Made by a program: the position numbers and the translations under genes. DNA of 58,873 nt, counting the filler, from Sphacelaria rigidula (taxonomy: Eukaryota), in the NCBI GenBank assembly GCA_964200075.2. It is 10 parts of 10 records of this genome, joined end to end, with 100 filler letters (N's around TTAATTAATTAA, not from the genome) between each part and the next. Parts side by side here need not be neighbours in the genome. Positions count along the whole stretch, not along the records: positions 23,592 to 29,388 come from CAXNAA020024392.1; positions 29,489 to 35,285 come from CAXNAA020024393.1; positions 35,386 to 41,182 come from CAXNAA020024394.1; 7 more parts are not named here. One strand, given 5' to 3'. Of this stretch, positions 25,028 to 36,905 are shown piece after piece. The stretch's first letter is position 1. Each line of letters starts with the position of its first letter. The notes under the pieces were generated by a model. It ran no database searches, was not told the origin of the DNA, and was given only the letters and a program-made list of their open reading frames with translations.

Positions 25028-25286
25028 GAGTGATGCTACGGTAGGGGTGCACACATATTTTGCTGGGGTTGGAACTGTTAGGAGTCCTTTCTCTCATACA
25101 AAACACGACTTTCGAAAAAATGTGAGAGTACGCCAGGATTACTCTTCCAATGTGCTGGGGATATCCCGAATGAATTTGCAAGCGGGGATGTCCTGACCCA
25201 TATTCTTGTGCAATCTAGAATCGTTAGGCGCCCCTGAACCAGACAAGATTTCGCGCAAAAAGTGCACCCCTACCGTAGCATTGCTC
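25028..25286. mobile_element. 259-bp MITE with 25-bp TIRs, GAG termini and 4-bp TSD (Sola2-like)
   Basis: TTTT|GAGTGATGCTACGGTAGGGGTGCAC ... GTGCACCCCTACCGTAGCATTGCTC|TTTT, TIRs 23/25 identical. Confidence 0.85.
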
Positions 25287-26154
25287 TTTTGCTGTTAATG
25301 CGCGCATATAATTTGGTATTAAACGGGGTTTCGCGCATGAGCATATATATGTGTTTTCTTTAAAACGTATGCTTCTGGAGATTTCAGCATAAGAAAGGCA
25401 TACGAGTTAAGTTTTACACATAACTTGGCGCATATAGTACTCCAATGGGATTATGCATCCCATTCAGCAGTTAGTAGCTGCCCACGGGTGCTCCATGTGC
25501 CGTGGTTCGTGGAGTCGTGGCGTTCGTGTTCGTAAATTTGTTTTTTGAACTTTGTTGCGGGTCTGATATCGGTTATGGTGCTGTATGTCAACTACTTTAT
25601 GTTTATGTGAAACTGATAAACAAACAATGAAATCTCGAAATGCTCAACGTGCCGCCAGGAACCACGTCAAGAATGACGCGGAAAAGGCGCATAAGTCGCG
25701 CATATTTTACCAAAATACGCATACATCGGCGCATAATGTTCATTTTTGAACATAAAAAAAATGGGAAAACACGCATGAGAAAAACAAAATGCGCCAATAA
25801 AGCAGAAGCCTATTACTACGGGACCAAATTATACCCCAAATCGTGGTGTGTCGGTGATGTGGGGCTGGAGCAGCGTCGTCGGAATTTCCACCGAAGATGT
25901 GCGCCAAAGACCCAGAAAGCCTCGTCCTGGCGGTTTATCTTACATCTATCTGCAGTTGAAAATCTCCGACCGCTCTCGAACTTGGTATTTCGGGAGGTGT
26001 GAGTGCTCCAAATAGAAGATGTGCTGTTTGCAAGGTACTTCGAAGTTACTTCGCTTTCGACCCGCTTGCAGGAAGACCCGGCATGAATACGCCCAGAAGC
26101 CGGTACAGAACGCCTGAAATACAAAACCTTCCCAGGGTAGTCCAGTTTCATCTG

Positions 26155-28482
26155 TAAACAGCGTGCAATCGAATTTGAGGTTCATCATTTGGGAGAGGTT
26201 TAAGTCGTCATCGAATTTTTATTCATTTCGTCCAATATGCTCGGGATATGCAAGCAGTTTCGGCCACGTAACCCTAACCCAGGAGTTTTTATACGGCAGC
26301 CAAAGCATGATGATGAGCAGTTCAAAAGAAAAACCACCGTCAGGGTTCGTCATTTTTCCAACAGGACGTGCTTCTAAGTGCTACAGAACACGTAACGAGG
26401 CGATGTCCCCGTCGTGCAACTGCCGCTGACGCAAGTACAGTGCTGGCCGTTTGCTCACTGCAGCCAAATGATACCAAGCCGTAGGTTTCAGTATAATCGC
26501 ATGTATGACTGGAGCAGTTGCACGGTACAGGGGATCCTGGATTGATTACCCTCATCTGTGTGGCCCCTTGCTGTCTGGCTCTTGATGTGGTCTGGTGAGG
26601 ATCACTCCGTGATAATAACAGGTGAAAAGAAAGGACTTGACGAGCACGAGGCCAGTGCTACTGGAGGAGTCCCTCGTGAATAGTCATCTTGTCCAGATCG
26701 CCTGGCAGAGGTTAATATCTAGATATTCTTCTTCCGGCACTTTATTAGAAGAGTTTTGGCTGAGGAGAAGTGGGCTGCAGCTGAGAGCCAGTTTAGTCCG
26801 CAGACAGGAAGAGACCAGCTTGAAGCGCACAGCAGTGGGGGACGCTCCGTGAGCTGAAGGACGCACAAGTCCGACAAGAGTCTCTCCGTGAAGTTTTTGA
26901 AGCATAGACGACATGGCTCAAGCGGCGGTAGCGCTGTTGGCGTTAGGTGAGCCACTACAGCCGCCAAAGTATGGCGAAATATGGAGAGAAGAGGCATCAC
27001 GCGTTTTTTCGCAGGATATCTTGAATACATACCGCGTTGGAGTCTCGCGAATTTACAAGGAATTATGCGGTATGAGAGAGTAAGCATAGGCCAACTCATT
27101 CCTGTCTACATTCACCGTTGCTTCGAAGACATGTACAAGGACGGTCGGGCTCTGACCCCCGATGAATTGCTTGATGCTGTGAAGCAGCATGCCGGGGATA
27201 CTACAACCGGTGGAAAGCATGACGCTGCGCAGGCTGCAGCAGACCTGCGTAGAGTACTTACGATGAAGTAAAGCAGGGAAAAAACTGTCAGGGATCGTGC
27301 TATGATGGTCAGTTCAGATATGGAACGGTTTTTTGCAGAGAACCTGATGGTGCAAGCCATGTACCGTGCGGAGGACAGGAGTTGGTTGCCAGGCCCGGCC
27401 GAGTCGGTTTCCATAGCTTTGGTGGACGGACGGGATTTCGCCCCCGGAATTCAAGGCGTATGTTAGAAGTGTACTGACGTATGTTGACGGCTGGAAAAAG
27501 AACCCGACGGTGGTGTTCAACAAAAATTACACAGTTTCTGTTGCGCGCAGGGAAAGTCGTGAAGAAACGGATGGATTTCGACGACACCGATCGTCCATTG
27601 TCACGGATATAAACCGTTCAACTAAGGAAATTTCGATTCTGAATAGGGAAATATGCACTACAGTACCCCTGAATACTGCTCTACATGTTTCATTTCCAGC
27701 GATATTATGCAAAAAACTGTGTTGTTGTTTCTCGTCGTATCTGAGGAAGACCGAGCCAGCGCTTTCCCTTGCTGGTTCAGACCCCCGTTGTGGCAGAGAC
27801 AATATTTATTTCGAAAAAGCGTGCAATGACCGTCAGCATACATACTGTATTGCACTAGGAGGTTTTCCAGGCAACAGGCTCACCTACCTGGTGGAAGCTG
27901 CTGCTGTGTGCAACAGATGGGGCCGTGTCTCTCCCGCACCCAGCATGAAGTATCTCTCAGATACTAAACAAGAGGCGCTCGAAAACTCGATGGCTACTCC
28001 AAAGAAGTTTGTTTGCAGCATGCTCGCTTTCGATCAGGTATGCGCTTAGATATACAGTACACACAACTTCACGAGCTGTAGACGTTGCAGAAGGTGCGGT
28101 AGCTCACGCTCGTGTCGGCGCAGCAGGCGAGTACCTCGCTGCTTCTTTTCTCCTGATCTTCACTTCGAAAATATGCATGTACGCAGACGGCCAGCACCGT
28201 ACTTGCGTCAGCGGTAGTTGCGCGACGGGGACATCGCCTCGTTACGTGTTCTGTAGCACTTAGAAGCACGTCCTGTTGGAAAAATAACGAACCCTGGCGG
28301 TGGTTTTTTTTTTGAACTGCTCATCATTATGCTTTGGCTGCCGTATAAAAACTTCTGGGTTAGAGTTAAATGGACGAAACTGCTTGCGTATGCCGACACT
28401 GTTGGACGAAATGATTGAAATTTCGATGACGACTTGAACCTATCCCAAATGATGAACCTCAAATTCGATTCCACGCTGTTTG
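26155..28482. repeat. ~300-bp inverted duplication (~26155-26450 versus ~28185-28482) of a decayed coding-like segment
   Basis: ORFs 26163-26429 (+) and 28208-28513 (-) translate to near-identical text (LYGSQS.MMSSSK.KPP.GFVIFPTGRASKCYRTRNEAMSPS). Confidence 0.85.
26981..27560 (+). pseudogene. Decayed intronless ORF, possibly retrotransposon gag-like
   Basis: Protein-like reading continues through a stop at 27269 and a frameshift (...ADLRRVLTMK*SREKTVRDR...FKAYVRSVLTYVDGWKKNPTVV); family assignment is weak. Confidence 0.35.
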
Positions 28483-28980
28483 TACGAACGTTCGTTGCGC
28501 AACTCGGCAACATGATGCTGTTTCTCTCTGTTTAACGTTACAGTAAACGTGCCAGAAAAGTCGGCTTTGGTACTAGAGTCAAGTATGGTTATGATTTTGT
28601 AGCTATCAGGCTCACTTCATCGCACAAAAGCGAAAGACTTCGCTTCCCGCCGTGGTTTGAAATTAGGTTCTGAACTTTGCACTCATAAGATATTATGTTT
28701 CATTACGAATCATCCGAAAACTGAGGTCGCTCGAACTTTTTCGCCGGTTATCCGGCGTTCCAGACGGGCATGTGATCGCCTGGACCCTGGGACCCCCGAT
28801 AACCGGTAGTGAAACACAGAAAAAGGAAAGACCCCCATCCTCAAAGTTTTTGTACTTATTTGTGGGTGTCATCACATAGAAGAGAAAAAACCCCACAAGT
28901 ATCCGTCGAGGAATCACTTTTTTTTCACATTGGCGACACCAGTAAAGTAACTCGTATCCTTCATGAACACAACCTCCCCG

Positions 28981-29129
28981 GTTCGAATTTTGTGTACCCA
29001 CGACATAATCGCTCTCCACTGTTGGGCATGTTGTGAGAAAAAATCCTAGATCGCTNNNNNNNNNNATTGAACCCCACTACTCAACCATCAGAAGGTTACG
29101 AGGTTACCAACTGAGCCACCGGGGCGACC
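28981..29129 (-). mobile_element. SINE family A, 5' half
   Basis: CCAACTGAGCCACCGGGGCGACC head and CGCTCTCCACTGTTGGGCA body. Confidence 0.8.
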
Positions 29130-30393
29130 AATTCATAGACCAACGGGAATATCTTCTGTGCACACTATGATTGCCTCCTGGACCCAACACACGTAAAATA
29201 CATGCGCGTGAAAAATGGTGTACATCCTCGCGGCTAGCAGGCGAAATATAATCCCCTACGAGCCTCTTGTTAAAAGAGCGCGCGAAGGGACTAGTAGGGG
29301 GGGGGGGGGGGGGGGCAAAAAAAAAAGAAAGGGAAACACTTGAAAAAGTAGTAGGTCTGGAGATAATTTTTAATAATATCTTCTCAGCNNNNNNNNNNNN
29401 NNNNNNNNNNNNNNNNNNNNNNNNNNNNNNNNTTAATTAATTAANNNNNNNNNNNNNNNNNNNNNNNNNNNNNNNNNNNNNNNNNNNNCTTGCTATTCCT
29501 TACCAGAAACGTTACCAAAATAGAGAAAAAATAAGAAGAGAGACGCCACGAAAACCGGTGAGTCCAATATCGATACAATATTGCCATACTTCAACGGAAT
29601 CTTTGGTAGAATGATATGAACGAATGAAATTGGCAGTCGGTATTCCGGCGATACTAGTCGCCAATAAACCAAACCCAAATACGATGTGCCTTATTGAATT
29701 AATTTTCGTGCTAGAATGTTTCACCAGCTACATGCGAATCTATCAACACCGTGTAATGCCATTCGTCAGACCACATATCGGTCGGCAGATACACCGAGCC
29801 ATAACTCGATTTGTCGGTTGATGATCGATCTATCACAGCGGATGCAACCAATATATATATATATATTATATTTATGTAATGTATTACGTCAGTACGAAAA
29901 TATGCCGCGAAGAGTTGAGTATGGATGCTCTGGTGTGCACGTTGGCGCCTGATTCGTGCCGCAGTGCAAGCTAGGCATCTCGAGGATTTTGTTTCCCCCG
30001 ATGAATCCAACTTTTTTCATATCACTTGCTCACCTGTCTATTGTGTTCCCGTCCTGCGATGCAATCATTCTCCGTATTTTCGCCATATGGGGTAGCTTTG
30101 TTATTGGTAGGGCGCATAGGAATTATTCGTCTTTTGTCCCATATCATTCGGTCATCTGTCTTTGTGACGCGTATTTAGCCCCCCCCTTCCGCAGGGCGAG
30201 TCTCAACCCTTCGTCGGTGTGCGCAGGTCATCTGTTGACATGACACCAGTTTCACTTGAAAAAAGGATATACATGATCCCGATGGACTGCCCTCGCGGTC
30301 GAAGGGTTGAGGTGGTCAACCCATCTCTTCCACAAAAGTTGCCTAGCAGCCTGTTTCCGAGAACTGAACAAACTTTCCATACCCTAGACACTA

Positions 30394-30952
30394 CATGATC
30401 AATGTTTGCAGTAGAAGTAAACTGTACTGCGTAAAGTATATGGGCCTATGACAGCTATCGTAGGACCGGCAATAGTTGCAATAGACTCATTGTTTTCGCG
30501 ATACAGTATCTTTCCCTTGCGAATATTAATCATATATATAATATACAGCCAATGTTTGCAATAGAAAGAAAATCTACTGCGTAAGGCATGTAGGCCTGAG
30601 TCTTCTACGATACCCCCCACCCCCAAAACCAACCCAAAACTGTCACCAAGAAAACGTTCAAACAGGGCTTGATGCTTGTTTTCAGGCTGCATGAAGCCCC
30701 TCATATGGGTGACATTGGCAGAAACGATCCGACGCGTGGGAATTTCCAGTTGCTTGTTGTGCTCGGCTTTTTTCACTTCGGTTTACGTGTAAATTTTGTC
30801 TCCCCAAACCAGCCACTTTTTTTTCTTTTTTTTTTGGGGGGGGGCTATCGTAGAAAGTATCGCCTATGACAACTATTGTCGGCCCGACAATGGTTGCAAT
30901 ATACCTATTCTTTCCGCAGTGCACTTTACTTCTACTGCAAATACTGACCACA
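30394..30952. mobile_element. ~560-bp TIR element flanked by TA (Tc1/mariner-type MITE candidate)
   Basis: TA|CATGATCAATGTTTGCAGTAGAAGTAAA ... TTTACTTCTACTGCAAATACTGACCACA|TA; internal partial repeats of the TIR; weakly related segment at ~48738-48875. Confidence 0.65.
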
Positions 30953-31543
30953 TATTGTCCAGGGTGCAAAACTTTCCCCCACATCGTGAGCACATGTCCG
31001 AGGTGTACCTTATTGATATACTTGTGCCCTCACGCTCTCGGGGGACGTGGATCAAGAAGAGTATGGTTTCTTTCCGCCGGGTAGTCGGACCCTCGACACT
31101 CGCGCACAGAGTGGTCGTTAATGTACCGGTTTTCAGCACTGGGACGCAGCCATGTAATATATAATAGTTACGAGATACAGATTAATACATTTCGTCCTAC
31201 CGTCTGAAAACTTCGGTAAGTAGGGTAGTAAAGTTGCGACGTGACCTGTAGATATGTTCTGATCGGATTTTCAGCGGATTTTTTTCTTTGGGGTCATTTG
31301 GTTTTCTATCCTTGTGTTGCGTACTACTGCTTAGGGATGCAGATTCACACTATATCACTAAAAAAAAACTACCCGTCAAGAGTTTGTTCCATGAGCGGGA
31401 AAAATGATGACATAGGCGTAACAAAAGACTATTTTCTACAAACATTATTTATGGGTGAAGGGGTACGATGAAACATACGTGAACGGTGGTGTTGATCAAT
31501 GGATATTCATGGGTAAAGGGTGGGGGGGATTCCTACTGAATAG

Positions 31544-31580
<37 letters not shown>

Positions 31581-31696
31581 TGCATATTTATACACATATA
31601 TATCCAAGATCACTCCGATACAGAGACTGAAGGCGGCACCGGTCTATATTGATGTAGTACATACAAGAGAGGTTGGTGGGCTACGTTGCGAGTCAC

Positions 31697-34089
31697 CTTC
31701 GATATTCCCAAGTCTCCCAGTACCAGTCGCCCGTTTCCAAGGAGAAATATGTTCTGGGTCTTGAGGTCCCGGTGCAAAACCCGTCGCTCGTGCATGTAGT
31801 GCAACCCAAGAGCAATTTGCACGAACCAATGTAGGACTTTGCTCTCCGGGAACAGTCGGCGCCTGGAAGAGACAGGATTCATCAGTGCACACAGGGGCCA
31901 TCGGGGAATACACGAGAGTTGCAGGATGGACCAGAGGATAGAGACATCGTTTTTCTCTCGACGCCAACCTAGGCAGCGTAACGGGCATCATTTTTGTTTT
32001 TGACGTCGTGTGTGATATAGATGGAGTGCTTATATCGATGTACTACTCACTCATATTTCAGCGGTACCTACTTACGGAGCGAAACAAGGACGGCACTGTG
32101 CTTCAGCGACATCTCGTCGGCTTCGTCCCCCCGTCCCGGTACACGGGTAGATTTTTCGAAACCAACCGTTGCTGAAGAAGTAGAGGATGAAGAGAAATAC
32201 TTGCAGGTATTCTCATTTTGCGCATGGACTATACGGTAAGAGTACACGGATAGCTCCTGGCACCTTACATGTCCCACATTATTCACAAATAGACCCCCTT
32301 CCCCCCCGCCCATCCCTTTTCTCTGGACGAGTCCTCACTCTAGAGGAATAAATCTATCTCTCGCCGGTAACCGCTTGGCAATGCTTTAACGAGCATCGAA
32401 TCATGACTGTCAGCACTTCCGCCCATGGACTTCATCGGGCCTCTTCTTTGGTATCCGCATGTCTTCCCCGACAAGTGAATTTCCTGCATCATGTGGAAAA
32501 CACGCGTGTTGTCGAAACGCGATTCATCTTTGTGTTGTGGAACGATTGACAACCTGCCTGCCTATAGGGCGTGGGACTTTGGTTGGGAAATGCGGAGGAA
32601 ACAACGTGAAATGGCATGCAGTGCCAGCGACCATCCGCGTACTTTAGGCCCGACGTAACAAGCATTGTACTGCGCGCTTTTCTGGATCTTGCGGCAAAAT
32701 ACAGAACTCGTGCGAATCACCGCCACCGATTTGCAGACGACAATGCACACCTAGTCGCCCGTCACACGCTACCACTTACTTCCATCCGATATGATGTTGA
32801 CCCCCGTTTGCGTCGAGTGCGCAGTCTTATCTTTTGTTAAAGCTCATCGTATAGCGCTTGTCAACGTACTGCCGGCTGGGTGTGAGGTACAGTGCGGTTG
32901 CCTCGATGGACGAAAAACAATAGGCCCTTAGTCTGTGTCAATCAAGTCCAACCCTTAACGTATCCGGAAATCGCTAGTTTTGTCTCCTACCAGCATCATT
33001 CTTTTCGATGAGTCATATCTTAGTGAAATCAGACCGTTTGAGAACCCATGTGTCTTTGTGTACTCTCAATGTTACATGGTCGTCACACGCTGTTGTTGAA
33101 TAAAAGAGCAGAAGGGCTCTCCGGCACTATCTAGTCCCTCAGCGCTGACGAAAGATACGCTGAGGGAATAGATACCCGTTTTGGAAATTGTCTACATTGT
33201 CATTCCGCGGTTGGTCGCTCGCATTGCAAAGCGTTCGCTCCTACAGAGTGCACAAGTAAGCCCCCCGCCCCCCCCACCCCAAACCCTCATCGACTTGCGA
33301 CGCGATTGCACGTGAACGCTGTTATTATCGATGAACCAGAGATGTAAAAATGATGGTCCCTCAGTATAGCGGAATCCAAGCCTGTTTGAAGGTTCATGCC
33401 AGGGGTGTTCATCTGTTGAGTGATACCATAAACCCTTTCAACCACACACACATTTTCCCCCTCCTTTCCTCCCTGCCTCCTGGACAAGTGGTGGTGTACG
33501 AGATGATGGAAGGATAGATTTCACGGCAAGCTTTCGCCAATCACTCCGTCGTCTGGTGTTGGTCATTAACACGGACTCGGTATTGCCTACACATGGGGCT
33601 TTCCGGTCAATTCTGTACTTGGACAACAGGTACCGGTGGGCATGTACTTCGATTATGCAGACCTGATTGCGACTTTCATCCTGAAAATTCCCTCATCGCC
33701 TGCCTCTGGTTCCAACGTTGTTGGTAACTACAAAACCTTTTGCCTTTTGCTACTATTAGTTCTTCGGCGCAGCGTTTTGCACTCGAGTGCTTCCACTTCT
33801 TACCTTGGGCATGTATATCGTGTGACCACCAATAGGTTCGAAACAGATGAGTTGATGTGAGGAGGTCAATAAAAAAATAAGTCAGTGTGACAGAAAGATC
33901 ACAGTCGCAGCAGCGGCGGGGGCAGAAGCAGAAGAGCGCAACGTGTCACCTTGCATTTTTTATCAGCGTGCTGAGGTCGCCTCCGTCGCAGTACTCCATG
34001 ACGATGCAAAGATGCTCCTTGCGCGGAGTGAGGAACGAGTCCCTGTATCCCACGATGTTGGGATGGTGCAGTCGTCTCAGCAACTCCAC
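31697..34089 (-). CDS. NIMA-related (NEK) Ser/Thr protein kinase, internal exons 34089-33950 and 31862-31697
   Basis: VELLRRLHHPNIVGYRDSF...IVMEYCDGGDL...KNAR|RRLFPESKVLHWFVQIALGLHYMHERRVLHRDLKTQNIFL...LGDLGISK; canonical splice sites and a phase-2 junction. Confidence 0.93.
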
Positions 34090-34462
34090 CTTAAGGCACA
34101 CGAAGGCCGACGATAAGAAACCAAGTGTTTCCATTTGTCTGTCTTCAGTACATCTACCCTGAGATCACGACTAAATTCATAGCGTTTTTTTTACCGTGAG
34201 CGATCAATCAATCGCACAGCATTTTTTCCCTGTTAGTTTTGTTTGTTGCACTTTGAACCCCTTCCCTTCCTCGAGACGGGTCCATGGGTCTCAAGGGATC
34301 ATCCCATCTCTCCCTCGGTACACTCCTCGCATTGTGGTCTCACGAATTGGGTCATGACTATCAGCACTCCCGCACGGCGTCAACTCACGCCAAACAAACT
34401 CAGTCGACTACTTTGTTTACTCACGTTTTCACGCTTTCCACGGTTGAAAAAAGATATTACGA

Positions 34463-34552
34463 AGAAAACACTCAACACATCGGGAATCGAACCCTCGTTC
34501 TCTCCACCCTAATGTCGATAGTCGGACCAATACACCACCGGGGCGCGGCGAC
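34463..34552 (-). mobile_element. tRNA-like Pol III element (SINE-like family B), second copy
   Basis: Reverse complement GCCGCGCCCCGGTGGT...CATTAGGGTGGAGAGAACGAGGGTTCGATTCCCG aligns with 341-430. Confidence 0.6.
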
Positions 34553-35137
34553 AAAGCACTTCACGTCCACTTCTGCGCAGCTCTCTTCGGGGATCCACGC
34601 TAGTCCTACTTGGTGGCAAGCCGTTTTCTTCTCCCATCATACGATGCGTTTGTTGGCCAACGTATCTGGGCATCCTCGTTTGCGTATACACGCACGGAAG
34701 GACCCTGAATCACTGCACATTATATTCAGCTGATATTTATTCATGAGCTATGCTCCTCCTGACGGCTGTCCATATCCCCACTACTGCTCCTTGGTAGCTG
34801 GTGATACAATAACACGCTTAGTGGCAACAACGTTGGGCTAAAGCGCCGACAAATGTTGATATGCACGGACGCGCTATCGATTTGCGCTCAGGCACGGGGT
34901 GTGGTTATTGCAGCATGCACATGATTCAGCTTCTCCTTGGTGGGGCGGCATTGTGGAACCGGCAATCGAGGCTCCTTGCTATCCTTGCGAATATCAGCAC
35001 GCGCGATGGCCTTAAGTTGACAAAATGTTTTCCCGGCTCATTGCTTGCATCAGGCATGCGCTCTTCTGTTTCTTTGCCGAAGAATTTTCGTATTTATGTT
35101 CAGGTTCTGCGGCCCAGATGAGCATATTGAGCTTCGA

Positions 35138-35176
35138 CTACTACTGCTGCTGCTGTTATTGCTGCTGTTATTGCTG

Positions 35177-35229
<53 letters not shown>

Positions 35230-35247
35230 ACTACTCTACTGCTACTA

Positions 35248-35285
<38 letters not shown>
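35138..35285. repeat. Compound (CTG)n/(CTA)n microsatellite at contig end
   Basis: Read directly from the sequence. Confidence 0.95.
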
Positions 35286-35465
35286 NNNNNNNNNNNNNNN
35301 NNNNNNNNNNNNNNNNNNNNNNNNNNNNNTTAATTAATTAANNNNNNNNNNNNNNNNNNNNNNNNNNNNNNNNNNNNNNNNNNNNCCCCATCCACGCTTT
35401 TGTATTTTTCCCACACCCCCCCCCAAACCATTGCCTCTCCCGCGGTTTTAAAAATAGAAGAACAC

Positions 35466-35496
<31 letters not shown>

Positions 35497-35554
35497 ACAT
35501 TCACACACACATAATACATATACGGGTATTGATATTCTTTTCCAATCTGAACAG

Positions 35555-36669
35555 ATCGAGGCCGTCCTATGGCCTGCCAAGCTGAAAGCTATTCACTTCG
35601 GGAACAGTTTCCGCAGAGCGCTCCGGGGGGTGAAGTGGCCTCGGGGGCTGGAGAGGGTAGTGCTCGGAGAGGAATTCGACGAAGATCTGAGCAAGATCGA
35701 CTGGCCTGAGTCGCTGAAGGAACTCACCGTACCTTCGGGGGACCTGCTCCGCCGGGGTGTCAGAGGTCGCTGCAGAATTCCTCCGTCTTGCGAGGTTAAT
35801 GTTCTCGATACCTCTGATTTGGAAGGTAGGGTGGCGGAGGAGAGGTACCGGCGCACGGGTAATTGTATGCGGTCAAGTATTTGTGGGGACACCGGGACTG
35901 AAGGGTGAAATGATGAGTCGTATATATTGAATCAGATTATATTATGCTCCTATTATGTATTAATTATGTTGCAAATTAATATTCAAAAACACTCACACAA
36001 GCCAACAGTAAAGGAACCCGGTACAAACTCACAGCACACAAACACACACACACACACACACACGAGTGGTGCTTGCTGTGTTGTGTCTTCGTTGTTTGTA
36101 TTCGAGAACTTCGATAGATGGGTTTTGTCATGTTGTGCCGTAGGAGTACTCAAGGTCAAGGGGTTAAATCTGTTGCTGCTGTTGCTGTTGCTGCTGCTAC
36201 TGCTGCTACTGCTACGACCCACGCAGGTGCCAAAAGGGGCGTATCATTTTCCGGCGACCGTCACGTCTACGACTACTGCGGCAGCGGCTCCGGCGGTCGC
36301 TCATCCGGTAACGGCCACGCAGGCGGCGACATTGGGTATGATTCGGGTGGGTGCTATTTCTCACCGGACGATCTGGATGGCGAGGGCGATCTCGACGATC
36401 TCAACGACTTTGACGACGACGACGATGACGATGACGATGACGATGACTACGTTTCCTCTGATTATGGCGATGGCGACGACAGGAGCTACGGAGGAGGAGG
36501 AGGAGGTAGCGGAGGTGGAGGTGGAGGTGGAGGTGGGGGAGACATTGATGTCTTCGGCTTCGACGCCGGTAGCTGGGGAATCGGGGATCCCTGGGACTCT
36601 CGAAACGACGGAGAGGTTTCCGTCGGCGGGGGTGGCGGCGGCGGCCACCGATTTGACTTCGAACTATAG
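35555..36669 (+). CDS. 3' end of an FNIP-repeat (LRR-like) protein; exons 35555-35825 and 36227-36669 (Asp/Gly-rich tail)
   Basis: 22-aa periodicity IEAVLWPAKLKAIHFGNSFRRA/LRGVKWPRGLERVVLGEEFDED/LSKIDWPESLKELTV; phase-1 junction G|GT into the terminal exon ending TAG. Confidence 0.8.
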
Positions 36670-36696
36670 TCACACTCCGCTTCCGTCGGCAGGATC

Positions 36697-36905
36697 CAGT
36701 TCGGTTCGGTCCGGTTCGGTCCGGTCCGGTCCGGTCCGGTCCGGTCCGGTGTGCGACGGCGGCTGCAGGAGCGACCGCTTCGACATCGGGAGGTAGCCAC
36801 GCTGTATGTTCGGTGGTGGGGGTCCGGTCCGGTCCGGTCCGATGTGGTGTGGTGTGGTGCGGTGTGGTGTGGTGCGGTGTGGTGCGGTGCGGTGCGGTGC
36901 GGTGT
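36697..36905. repeat. Pentanucleotide microsatellites (CCGGT)n and (GTGCG/GTGTG)n downstream of the FNIP gene stop
   Basis: Read directly from the sequence. Confidence 0.9.

Noticed and set aside
35025..35341. Poly-Cys, poly-Leu and poly-Tyr ORFs
   Set aside because: These are translations of a microsatellite running into the linker.
35927..36796. 289-aa ORF as a gene
   Set aside because: It is an alternative frame over an intron, microsatellites and the FNIP terminal exon.
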